Source: a virus
Reading direction: 5' to 3' (one strand)
IMG/VR virus record: IMGVR_UViG_3300023174_000056
Span: 64,001 to 128,000 of that record
DNA: 64,000 nt
The position numbers were made by a program, and so were the translations under genes. Below the pieces are notes generated by a model. That model ran no database searches, was not told the DNA's origin, and saw only the letters and a program-made list of their open reading frames with translations. Position 1 is the first letter of the stretch, and the number at the start of each line of letters is the position of its first letter. Shown piece by piece: positions 28,007-36,763 of this stretch.

Positions 28007-28453
28007 CTCTTGAACCCAGTTTTTTTTGTAAAGATACACTGGCTCACCTTTTCTAGAGCTTTTTGTTTGCGGAGATCGCAAAAATTCTGCATCTTGATCT
28101 ATGTTAGGGTTATGATCTATTTGTGGAAAATGTGCAAATGCATTAATATTTTTTTCTTCACCACCAATAATTTTTACTATTTCATTATGTAATTGAGCGC
28201 AACGAATATAAAAATTTTGATCTACTTCCCTGTCTGGGTCTAACATATTGATCGCTAGACTTGGATTTACACCAATTTCTTCAAATGATTTAATCAAATC
28301 TTGAACAATATTTTCTTTATTAGCAGGGTCATCTGCTAATTGTATTCCTTTTATGAATAAATTAATAACTTTCCGTTTTATAGCATCGCTATAAAGCGTG
28401 TTTTGTATTTCTTCTTTTATTATTTGCTTTATGTAATTTATTTTAATTTTCAT
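28004..28453 (-). CDS. Hypothetical protein with MKIKINYIKQIIKEEIQ leader
   Basis: Shared leader motif; ATGA overlap with the primase gene. Confidence 0.65.
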   Translation of the reverse strand: MKIKINYIKQIIKEEIQNTLYSDAIKRKVINLFIKGIQLADDPANKENIVQDLIKSFEEIGVNPSLAINMLDPDREVDQNFYIRCAQLHNEIVKIIGGEEKNINAFAHFPQIDHNPNIDQDAEFLRSPQTKSSRKGEPVYLYKKNWVQE

Positions 28454-29394
28454 AAATTAACCAACTTGTTTAATAAAAAATAATCTTTTCCATTAATTAG
28501 TTTTGCTTTTGATTTACATTCTAAGAATTGTTCGTGAGACATATCTCCTACGTCTATTCCGAATGGAATATCAATTTTATAAACCTCGGCGTCGTATTGT
28601 ATTAAATCTAAAATAAGACGTTCCGCCTTTTTCTCTGCATCTGGATCTAATGCAATATAAACGGCTGGATCGTTCTTGATGATCTCTTTAAAGAGTCTGG
28701 AATTTTCCCGCATTGTGGAACCAAGAATAGGGATTGCATTTTTAGCTTTAATTGCATCAAAAACACCTTCAACGATTGTAACATCTTCACTCCAATCAAT
28801 ATAAAGTTCATTAAAAACTAAATCTTTAGTTACATCTGGATTTTTATACTTGGACCAGCCGCCGCCGTCATAACGTCTGCCTATATAATAATTAACTTTT
28901 CCTTGGATATTAAATGATGGGATAATAACCCTGCTTTCATATTCGCCAGATACAGCGTATCCCATCTTCCAAAAAAGAATGTCTTGCTGAGTTATGCCAC
29001 GTTCTCGCAAATATCTACGTGCGGGTAAGGAAGTGAGAGATGGATCACGGCTACAAAGCGTTTGAAACTCTACTGGAAGCTCTGGCAATTCTTCATTCTC
29101 TTCTGCTACTTCGGTAAAATCAAAAATTTTTTCATAATCTGAAATCTCAACGACGCCGTTAAGTTCATTCCATGCACGATTATGGTTAAAATTACCAAGA
29201 CGTACAACAATTCTGCGAATAGTAGAACCATTCCAATCACAAACCCAGCACTTAAATTTATCTTTGCTAAGATTGACAGAAAGCTTTTTTTTGTGGTGCT
29301 TACATTTTGGACAAAAGAATAAGTATTCATTCCCAACATGGCTACAATTACCAAGAATTTCTTTTAAGATATTTAATTTTTTTGTTTCTGACAT
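28450..29394 (-). CDS. DNA primase (gp61/DnaG-like)
   Basis: Zn finger CPKC...CWVC, YLRERGI, KYKNP, Toprim EGVFD and DPD. Confidence 0.93.
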   Translation of the reverse strand: MSETKKLNILKEILGNCSHVGNEYLFFCPKCKHHKKKLSVNLSKDKFKCWVCDWNGSTIRRIVVRLGNFNHNRAWNELNGVVEISDYEKIFDFTEVAEENEELPELPVEFQTLCSRDPSLTSLPARRYLRERGITQQDILFWKMGYAVSGEYESRVIIPSFNIQGKVNYYIGRRYDGGGWSKYKNPDVTKDLVFNELYIDWSEDVTIVEGVFDAIKAKNAIPILGSTMRENSRLFKEIIKNDPAVYIALDPDAEKKAERLILDLIQYDAEVYKIDIPFGIDVGDMSHEQFLECKSKAKLINGKDYFLLNKLVNL

Positions 29395-29903
29395 AGGATG
29401 TACCCTGCTTTTGCAATTACATATGAATCAGCACGATCATATGTCCCAGGCTTGGGGTTGCCATGAGCAGTATACTCTACTTTAAATGTCGGTTCAAGAG
29501 CAAGAATATGCTTGAGGACTATTTCTTTTGCATTTTGGCCTTTTTCTACTTTAATATCTAGCTTTTTACGAGCAGAAGAAGCGCCAATATATTGTGGTTC
29601 TTTACCAAAAATTTCACAACAAATCCAACTAACTATACCATTAAATTTTCCAAGAGTCAAGATAACTTGTGCGCTGCTGAGTCCGGGTCTAAAAGCATTA
29701 AGCGACTGTTCAATATAAACTTCTTTTATGTTATATAAAAGTTTTATTTGCTGTAGCCGGTCTTTAACAACTTGTGCTTTTTGAAACATTGTTTCAAGTT
29801 TTTTAGAATCAAGACGTATTGCTTCATTATGCAAAATAATTCCGTCATCTCTAAGAACGGTAAAGCCAGTTATTGAAGTGCTTATATCTAATCCAAGTAT
29901 CAT
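29373..29903 (-). CDS. RuvC-like Holliday junction resolvase
   Basis: MILGLDISTSITG, VYIEQ, DRADSY acidic catalytic residues. Confidence 0.85.
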   Translation of the reverse strand: MILGLDISTSITGFTVLRDDGIILHNEAIRLDSKKLETMFQKAQVVKDRLQQIKLLYNIKEVYIEQSLNAFRPGLSSAQVILTLGKFNGIVSWICCEIFGKEPQYIGASSARKKLDIKVEKGQNAKEIVLKHILALEPTFKVEYTAHGNPKPGTYDRADSYVIAKAGYILCQKQKN

Positions 29904-29909
29904 AATATT

Positions 29910-30632
29910 TTATAGTATCACATAATCATCTGGGTTTTCATTATTTGCTAATAATTTATACTCATCCGTGTTTGTTAAGGCTGGTGCCGAAATATCAATA
30001 AAAATATTACCACCAGATACATAACTTTCAACAGCAACTAAATCGTTAGTCCATCTGCCATTATCTTTTATATATACATTTATATTTAAGAAATCTATTG
30101 AAGATGTAGGAAAAGAAGCTGCTCCATATGCAAAATTTGGCAACATAACTGTTTTAAATCCATCTATGTCAAAATAGCCAACTTCTTGGTATTTTAATCT
30201 TGCATGAGCATTTTTAACCTCTACGCCTATATTAGCATTGCCAGCGTATTCAGCATAAGACGCTGTACCAAATAAGTTACCAGTTATATTTGGTGCGACT
30301 AAGCTCTCTGAAACGTAGAGATAAGAAGAAGATATAGTGCCAATTACCAGAGGGTCTTTCAAGGCAATTGGATTTTCAAGCATACCACTACCAGTAACAG
30401 AACCAGTAGTGTAAATATTTAAATAATAGTCCGGTACATTTAACGCATACGACGCAGTACCATATAGTCGGCCTTCAATGCCAGCAGAAGCAGTTAATGG
30501 CAAAGACGTAATAACAACGCCGTCTTCTAAAGTACCGCTAACCTTGAAGAGTATATTGCCGTCTTGATCTTGTTTTAAAATCTGCTTTTTAGTTAGCAGA
30601 TCCGATAAAACTTTTACTGGCTTATTCGCCAT
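29910..30632 (-). CDS. Short fibre-like virion protein, paralog of 31178..33640
   Basis: Shares the N-terminus (MAN.P.KVL.DL) and the C-terminal WTNDLV.V...ISAPAL motif; TASYA repeats. Confidence 0.6.
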   Translation of the reverse strand: MANKPVKVLSDLLTKKQILKQDQDGNILFKVSGTLEDGVVITSLPLTASAGIEGRLYGTASYALNVPDYYLNIYTTGSVTGSGMLENPIALKDPLVIGTISSSYLYVSESLVAPNITGNLFGTASYAEYAGNANIGVEVKNAHARLKYQEVGYFDIDGFKTVMLPNFAYGAASFPTSSIDFLNINVYIKDNGRWTNDLVAVESYVSGGNIFIDISAPALTNTDEYKLLANNENPDDYVIL

Positions 30633-30634
30633 TA

Positions 30635-30889
30635 TTACTCCTCAATTCCGTACTGTTTCTTGATATCTTTAAGATTGGTTATAAAATCTTTTTGAACGCC
30701 AACCAAGCGAATATTTCTCTCTAATATATCTTTAATTAGTTGTAGGTACTTCTTTTGAGCGTTTAAATTTTCAAGAGCATCCTGTTTAGAAACCTTCTCT
30801 TTGTCTAATCTAAGACGGAAATCTTTTAATTTACCCCTGATTACATATACCCAATTAGCCACCTGAATAAAATTAAAGTTATACTTCAT
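30635..30889 (-). CDS. Hypothetical protein
   Basis: 84-aa ORF coupled to its neighbours. Confidence 0.55.
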   Translation of the reverse strand: MKYNFNFIQVANWVYVIRGKLKDFRLRLDKEKVSKQDALENLNAQKKYLQLIKDILERNIRLVGVQKDFITNLKDIKKQYGIEE

Positions 30890-31082
30890 ACTCTTCCTCG
30901 CCTTCTACAGATATTTCATCTATAATTTTATCATATTTTTTTAACATTTTGTCAATTTCTTCATAAATTTCTTGACGGTTCTTTAGAAGTTCTGCTTGAG
31001 ATTTTATATCTTTTGTATGTGTAAGAATAAATTTCATCATTTCATCAAAGTCTTTTAATAAATAAGTTACTTTTCTTTTCAT
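30879..31082 (-). CDS. Hypothetical protein
   Basis: Likely start MKRKVTY with a GAGG RBS. Confidence 0.55.
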   Translation of the reverse strand: MKRKVTYLLKDFDEMMKFILTHTKDIKSQAELLKNRQEIYEEIDKMLKKYDKIIDEISVEGEEEYEV

Positions 31083-31098
31083 TGTCAACCTCAAGATA

Positions 31099-31106
31099 TA
31101 AATAGT
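31099..31106 (-). promoter_or_regulatory. ACTATTTA motif, putative late promoter
   Basis: Directly after the terminator at 31109-31141. Confidence 0.65.
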
Positions 31107-31108
31107 AT

Positions 31109-31141
31109 AAAAAAAGCGAGGCGGTCGTTAAACCGCCTCGC
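31109..31141 (-). terminator. Rho-independent terminator
   Basis: Perfect 10-bp stem GCGAGGCGGT/ACCGCCTCGC followed by U7. Confidence 0.9.
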
Positions 31142-31177
31142 CAATTAATCTTTATTCAAGACTAATTCTAATTTCTA

Positions 31178-33640
31178 CTAAGCAATTACGTTAGCTTTTT
31201 CGTTAACAACGATTAAGCGAACATACCCGTCAGCTGCTAATGCTGGTGCGCTGATGGTGAACTTAGGATACCAAACACTGCCTGAAGAAACAGCTTCAAC
31301 TTGGACTGAAACTAGATCGTTTGTCCACATTGCTCCTGCTGCTGATTGTACTGCAACGTCAAATGAAGCAAATGGCATAACGTTGTTTAATAGATCAGCT
31401 GCTGAAGTGCTTGAGCTTAAGCCAGTAATTGGTGCCTTGTTGTATGTGCTTCCAGCACCGTCTGCGCCTGAGCCTGAGAATTGGATAACGATATCATCGG
31501 CATTGCCTTTCTTGCGTGCTGATACTGATGCACGAACGCCGTAGTATTCAGCTGGTGAAACAGTTGCAGCATTTGCGCCTGCAATTGCAGCATCTAATTG
31601 TTTAAATGCTTTTGCAACGTCTAGCTTGTTGCCTGCACCCCAAGTTGAACCAGTAACAACTGCAAAGCTTGCAGAGTTATCTGTTGAGAACAATGACATG
31701 GTTCCGTCAACGTTAACTGCTGAAAGGGTTGAAGTGCCATTGACTTGTAGATCAGCTTGAACGTTAACAAGTCCTGCTGATTTTAGGTCAATTCCGTTTG
31801 AAGCTGATAGTGTTACGCTATCTGAATTAACCATAAAGCCTAGTGGTCCAGCGTCTACTAATACCGCATCACCCTTAAGAGCAAGACCGTTTCCACTGTC
31901 TTGTCCTGCACTAAACGCACCAGCCAATACATAAGCATCAGCGGCGCTTCCATAGTTAAGTAATGAACCAGTGAATGAAACAAGGTTAGGACCAGCTGCT
32001 ACTTCTTTTTCTGCATATTTTAATGCTTCTACTGATCCTAGTTTTAGAGCGGCTGCTTCATCGATTGAGATACCAGCTAACGATGACATTGCACCGCTTA
32101 CTGTGATGGCATCACCAGATGCGTTACCTAGAATTACTGCACCATTGAATGCAGCTGCATTTGTTACAGTTAATGAATCAGCTGTAACAGCAGCTAATGT
32201 TGATGCACCTGAAGCATTTAATGTTCCAACTGAAGCGCCAACTGAAGCAGTGATTGCTGGAGCTTTTAATGCTGCGCTTGCGCTTAGATTTTCAGCATAG
32301 ATATCTTTTGCTTGGAAGTCAGCAAAAGTTGTTAATGTAATTTCATCGTCAGCGCCTGTTTCTGAAGTTGCACCTACTTGGAATCTAGCTGAATCATGGT
32401 CCCAGATAAATGCTTGTTGGCTGGTTGAACCGAAGATCAAACCTAAATCTTTACCAGCAGCATTTGAGCCGCTACCTACTAAGATAACTGGATCTTTGAC
32501 TAGTAAGTTTTCAGTGTCTACAGTTGTGGTAGCACCTGTAACGTATAGATTACCATTGATTGTGAAGTTACCTTCAACTGTGGTTAAACCTGTTCCGTCT
32601 TGAACTAGTTTTGAGCTAACAAATTTCTTGTTAATGTGGTCCCACATTGATAAGTAATCTTTATCGATGCTTAGACCAGTTTGATCAATTGATGAAGTGC
32701 CATTTGAGTAAGCGATACCTTGTGAGGCTGAGAATTCACCACGAACTGCTGCTTGAACGCCAGTGATATTACCATAGGTTAGATTTGTAACTTGTGCGCC
32801 ATCACCAATAAATGCAGTTGCTGAAATTCCTGCGCTTGATGTAACTGGTTTTGATAGCGAAATCTTAGTTCCATCTTCGCTGATGTCTGAATCAACTAAT
32901 TGTGAATTTGATGCATCCCATTTTAATAGTTTATTTCCAGAGAAGTTACCAGCATTCTTTAGTTGAACGTCACCTGCATTAACAGTAATACCTGTTCCTG
33001 CGCCAACTCCTAATACGCCAGCGGCAAAACCTAGACCAGCACCAGCAACGCTTTCGGTTAGAGCAAATTCACCAGTTGTTGAGTTGTATTTAACGCCTTC
33101 TGTTGCTGATAGTTCGCCACGTACTGATGAATGGATACCAGCAATATTTCCGTATGTTAGGTTTACTAAACCAGAGCCATCGCCAACTACTGTTGAAGCT
33201 GACATTTGGCCAGAAATATCTGCTGAAGCGGCTGTTAATTTACCAGTCAAAGCAACTGCGCTTGCGCTCATGAAGTTGTTGGTAAAAATCTTACCGTCGT
33301 CTGTAATTGTTACACCGCTTGGGCTACCTTGAACATAACCATTACCTGACTTTACTGCACCGCTAGCTTTCATGTCGCCAGTAATTTCAGCGCCATTTGA
33401 TGCGGTTAATTGACCAGAAACAGTCAATTTTTGAACTGTTGAAGCACCGTTGCTGATATTTAAGCCGCCTGCGCCACTGATTAAATCAGAAGCTTTTAAC
33501 GCTCCGGTGATTTCAGCACCACCGTATGTAACTGTTAGCTTATCAGCAAATGTTGCAGTTGATTTAGCATCCAATGCACCAGATAAGCTTGTAGAACCCG
33601 AAACAATTAGATCTGTTAGAACTTTTAATGGATTTGCCAT
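31178..33640 (-). CDS. Long fibre-like virion protein
   Basis: Ala/Gly/Ser/Thr-rich; GNLYVTGATTTVDTENLLVKDPVI fibre motif; GDGSGL.NL repeats. Confidence 0.7.
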   Translation of the reverse strand: MANPLKVLTDLIVSGSTSLSGALDAKSTATFADKLTVTYGGAEITGALKASDLISGAGGLNISNGASTVQKLTVSGQLTASNGAEITGDMKASGAVKSGNGYVQGSPSGVTITDDGKIFTNNFMSASAVALTGKLTAASADISGQMSASTVVGDGSGLVNLTYGNIAGIHSSVRGELSATEGVKYNSTTGEFALTESVAGAGLGFAAGVLGVGAGTGITVNAGDVQLKNAGNFSGNKLLKWDASNSQLVDSDISEDGTKISLSKPVTSSAGISATAFIGDGAQVTNLTYGNITGVQAAVRGEFSASQGIAYSNGTSSIDQTGLSIDKDYLSMWDHINKKFVSSKLVQDGTGLTTVEGNFTINGNLYVTGATTTVDTENLLVKDPVILVGSGSNAAGKDLGLIFGSTSQQAFIWDHDSARFQVGATSETGADDEITLTTFADFQAKDIYAENLSASAALKAPAITASVGASVGTLNASGASTLAAVTADSLTVTNAAAFNGAVILGNASGDAITVSGAMSSLAGISIDEAAALKLGSVEALKYAEKEVAAGPNLVSFTGSLLNYGSAADAYVLAGAFSAGQDSGNGLALKGDAVLVDAGPLGFMVNSDSVTLSASNGIDLKSAGLVNVQADLQVNGTSTLSAVNVDGTMSLFSTDNSASFAVVTGSTWGAGNKLDVAKAFKQLDAAIAGANAATVSPAEYYGVRASVSARKKGNADDIVIQFSGSGADGAGSTYNKAPITGLSSSTSAADLLNNVMPFASFDVAVQSAAGAMWTNDLVSVQVEAVSSGSVWYPKFTISAPALAADGYVRLIVVNEKANVIA

Positions 33641-33673
33641 TAAATACTTCTCCCGGTCAAGTGACCTGTAAAA

Positions 33674-33697
33674 ATTGACAAGACTCCTCTTGTCAAT
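33674..33697. promoter_or_regulatory. Perfect 10-bp inverted repeat in the fibre gene leader
   Basis: ATTGACAAGA-GGAG-TCTTGTCAAT followed by U4 on the minus strand. Confidence 0.7.
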
Positions 33698-33721
33698 ATA
33701 ATTAGAATATTATTTTTGTAT

Positions 33722-34792
33722 TTAACCAATAATTGTAACAATATATCTTAATCCAAGATTATCTGGGTCTACTACATCTCCCATGTCTATAGAAATATTG
33801 TTTAAATCCATAAAACCTACTGCTACTTCTACTCTTGCATAGTCACCAAAATTTTCTCTAATAGAAACATACATATCTCTTGTATTTAGGTTGTGCGTTA
33901 CTTGGTAAACAGAGTCAAGGTTATTTCCTATTTCGTAAGTCTTTTTTACAGCTATACCGGCTGAAACAGGAACGCCAGCATTTCTTAATAAAGAAGGAGC
34001 TTCCCTTTGTCTTTTTGGCTCTTCTTGTATAAAAGCAAGGTTTTCTTTTGGAATTTTTACTTCAACGGCATTTTCTTGAATTATTTCTTGAGGTTTTTCT
34101 TGATTGTCACCCTCTCCAATTAAATATCCAAGAACTTTAACAGTAATTGTTGATCTATATTTTCTCTCTTCTTCTCCTAAATTTGAAATACTTTCTTGTT
34201 CAAAACTAGGATTCATAAAACATTCATATTTATGCTCATCTTTTGTTATTATAAAATAATTTTGAGCGGTTCTTGCCATAAATGGTTGAATTGCTTCATT
34301 CATTTGGCCTTGATAATTTGTTATTATATTTATCTTATACTCTACCGTAACATAGATTGGCACTGGTATTGATTTATACTTATAGACCTTTTTTTGATTT
34401 TTTTTAGAAGTAACGAAATTGATTTGACCAGCGGTTCGTAAAGAGTCTGCGTTTGCAAAATTAGAAGTTTTATCTTGATTTAATTCTTCTGCTACGAAAT
34501 ATCTATCGAATCTTGGTGACAAAGTACCAAAAAAACTACCTTTATTAGTTGGTTCTTTTGCAGTAGATGATCTTTCTATAGATATAATTGGAGGTATTAA
34601 AGACCCATTTTTGTCTCTAAGCTCTCTATTATTTTTTATTTGGTATGCACGCTCTGCTGATGACCAGATAACTGGAATTTTTTCCCATCCATTTATTGTA
34701 GTACAAAATAAATTCAAGCCCTCGACGTATTGCAAAAATGCACCGTCGATTGTTTCAATTGAGCTTGGACTTGTATTGACTACTTTTTCCAT
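33722..34792 (-). CDS. Tail terminator / sheath stabiliser (gp15-like) with an extra C-terminal domain
   Basis: IPVIWSSAERA, PPIISIER, P.YVTVEYKINI.T....QMNE.IQPF. Confidence 0.65.
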   Translation of the reverse strand: MEKVVNTSPSSIETIDGAFLQYVEGLNLFCTTINGWEKIPVIWSSAERAYQIKNNRELRDKNGSLIPPIISIERSSTAKEPTNKGSFFGTLSPRFDRYFVAEELNQDKTSNFANADSLRTAGQINFVTSKKNQKKVYKYKSIPVPIYVTVEYKINIITNYQGQMNEAIQPFMARTAQNYFIITKDEHKYECFMNPSFEQESISNLGEEERKYRSTITVKVLGYLIGEGDNQEKPQEIIQENAVEVKIPKENLAFIQEEPKRQREAPSLLRNAGVPVSAGIAVKKTYEIGNNLDSVYQVTHNLNTRDMYVSIRENFGDYARVEVAVGFMDLNNISIDMGDVVDPDNLGLRYIVTIIG

Positions 34793-34795
34793 ATA

Positions 34796-35251
34796 TTATT
34801 GGTTGCCTGAAGAAGAAAAAATCATTTCAAGTTTATGTAAGCTGCAAGTTAGATTAGTATCACTGCCTGACATATATAATTCTAACCCAAACCCTGGTTC
34901 ATTCCAAAATGGCTGTGGATCAATACCATAATATTTAATTTGTGCTACTGATTTCATACCAATATTGCTAGTAAATTGCAAGGTTTCGTCCATAGGCTGA
35001 ATATTTATGGATCCGGTGGCATCTGCTGCGCCAGTTATTTCTAGAATAACCATAATATTGTAGGAAGAACCAGATAAGCCATAACTACCAGAAGGAGGTA
35101 TTAAAATATTTGCAACCTTCTGCGACTCGGTTCCATAAGTTACAATAGGAAGTGTAGAATAAACTAAAGGTATAGTTAAAGGAAGGTCGGGATCTCTATT
35201 AACAGTTGTTGTTTGATTACTTGTTTGATAGCTTGGATATGAAATTGGCAT
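34796..35251 (-). CDS. Hypothetical virion protein
   Basis: 151-aa ORF, SGS-rich. Confidence 0.55.
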   Translation of the reverse strand: MPISYPSYQTSNQTTTVNRDPDLPLTIPLVYSTLPIVTYGTESQKVANILIPPSGSYGLSGSSYNIMVILEITGAADATGSINIQPMDETLQFTSNIGMKSVAQIKYYGIDPQPFWNEPGFGLELYMSGSDTNLTCSLHKLEMIFSSSGNQ

Positions 35252-35252
35252 G

Positions 35253-36719
35253 TTAGTATCCTATTCTTGTTACAAGAGTTTTTTGATTATTGACGGATTG
35301 ACTGATATAGAATCCAGCATGGAATAAACTAGCGGCGTATTCATCTGCTGTATAAGTACCCGATGGATAAATTACAAACGCATATGTCTCTGGCGCTGAC
35401 TCTGTAGTTTGTAGCAAAAATCCATTAACAAATCCAGGGTCAGAGCTACTACCTATTGCTATATAAAGTTCATGGCTGGACGGATTGGCAATAATTAAAG
35501 ATTTTCTATCTGTATCTGGGGTTGCCATGACGAACGTTCCGCTATTTACGGTCCAGTCAAAGCCATATACATTTGCAACATACCTTTGAGTTTGCGTTAT
35601 TGTAGCTGATCTCTTTTGTACCTGTAGTGGGAAGGAGTCAGAGGATGTAATGTATAAAGCGTTAGATGCGCTGTTAGCTACATACACTGGTTTGTCTGTA
35701 TCTGATATAACAAATAATGGATTTCCCTTAGAGGACGTAACGTTAACGCTGCCAGAAATAGAATTAACATTACTAACGTATATTGGATTTGAAATGCTTG
35801 CAACGTTTAGTGTACCTGTTACTGTTAACGGATCTTGCGCTGATGCTGTAACTTTAACTACTAAGGCAGATCCAGTTGGTAACGCATATGAAGCATAATC
35901 TAAAGCAAAATTACCAGTAACTGATACAGGGTCAGAAGAAGATCCTGTTATTTTTACAACAAGAGCAGCGCCTTCAGAAAAGCCATATTTTGCAACTCCG
36001 ATATCAGTAGAGCCGCTAACAAAAACTGGATCGGAATTATTGCTACCAGTTACTTTCACAACAAGAGCTGCGCCGCCAGATGGTAATCCGTACTTATTAA
36101 CACCAAACAAATTAGTATTCAAAGTACCAGTAACATATTGAGGCGAGTCTTCTGTAGAACCCGTAATTTTTACTTTTATTTTGTATTGGCTATCGCTTAA
36201 ATCAGTGGAAGCGGTGATGTAATTGATCATCTGCGCAAAACCAGAATTATCAATTGTAATTGAAGAGGCAGTTGTTGTAACGTAAAGAGATTTATAAGGC
36301 CCAAGAACATTTCTATATTCTTCTGGGAACTTCACACCTAAATAATTTGAAGATGGATCAACGCTGGTATAATACGAGTGCGATATAGCCACCATCGCAT
36401 GGTCAAAGAATGGGTTCTGAACAGAAACTGATGCCACACCAGTTATACTAGCAGTAATAGTATCTCCAACTACTAAATCAACATTAACAGGCTGACTAAT
36501 TGTTACAGCACCAGTAATATAAACTGGATTTGTTGAAGAAGCTGTAATTGATTGTACGGCAGCAGCAGAGCTTGAGATATCAGTTAATTTGCTAACAATA
36601 GATGCAATATTTGCGCCACTTATTTCTTGAATAATATGATGTGGCATATGGTCACTGCCAGTTACTGTCGTCTTTAAACTGGTAGTAGATCCTGCTCCAT
36701 CTTTTATAGTTAATGCCAT
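35253..36719 (-). CDS. Repetitive fibre-like virion protein
   Basis: Repeats of K[VI]TGS...PV.V[ST]G and G.ALVVK. Confidence 0.6.
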   Translation of the reverse strand: MALTIKDGAGSTTSLKTTVTGSDHMPHHIIQEISGANIASIVSKLTDISSSAAAVQSITASSTNPVYITGAVTISQPVNVDLVVGDTITASITGVASVSVQNPFFDHAMVAISHSYYTSVDPSSNYLGVKFPEEYRNVLGPYKSLYVTTTASSITIDNSGFAQMINYITASTDLSDSQYKIKVKITGSTEDSPQYVTGTLNTNLFGVNKYGLPSGGAALVVKVTGSNNSDPVFVSGSTDIGVAKYGFSEGAALVVKITGSSSDPVSVTGNFALDYASYALPTGSALVVKVTASAQDPLTVTGTLNVASISNPIYVSNVNSISGSVNVTSSKGNPLFVISDTDKPVYVANSASNALYITSSDSFPLQVQKRSATITQTQRYVANVYGFDWTVNSGTFVMATPDTDRKSLIIANPSSHELYIAIGSSSDPGFVNGFLLQTTESAPETYAFVIYPSGTYTADEYAASLFHAGFYISQSVNNQKTLVTRIGY

Positions 36720-36740
36720 ATTTGTATTCCTCTGTTTTTA

Positions 36741-36748
36741 TAAATAGT
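36741..36748 (-). promoter_or_regulatory. ACTATTTA motif, putative late promoter
   Basis: Upstream of 35253..36719. Confidence 0.65.
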
Positions 36749-36763
36749 TTTTATTATTTTAAA

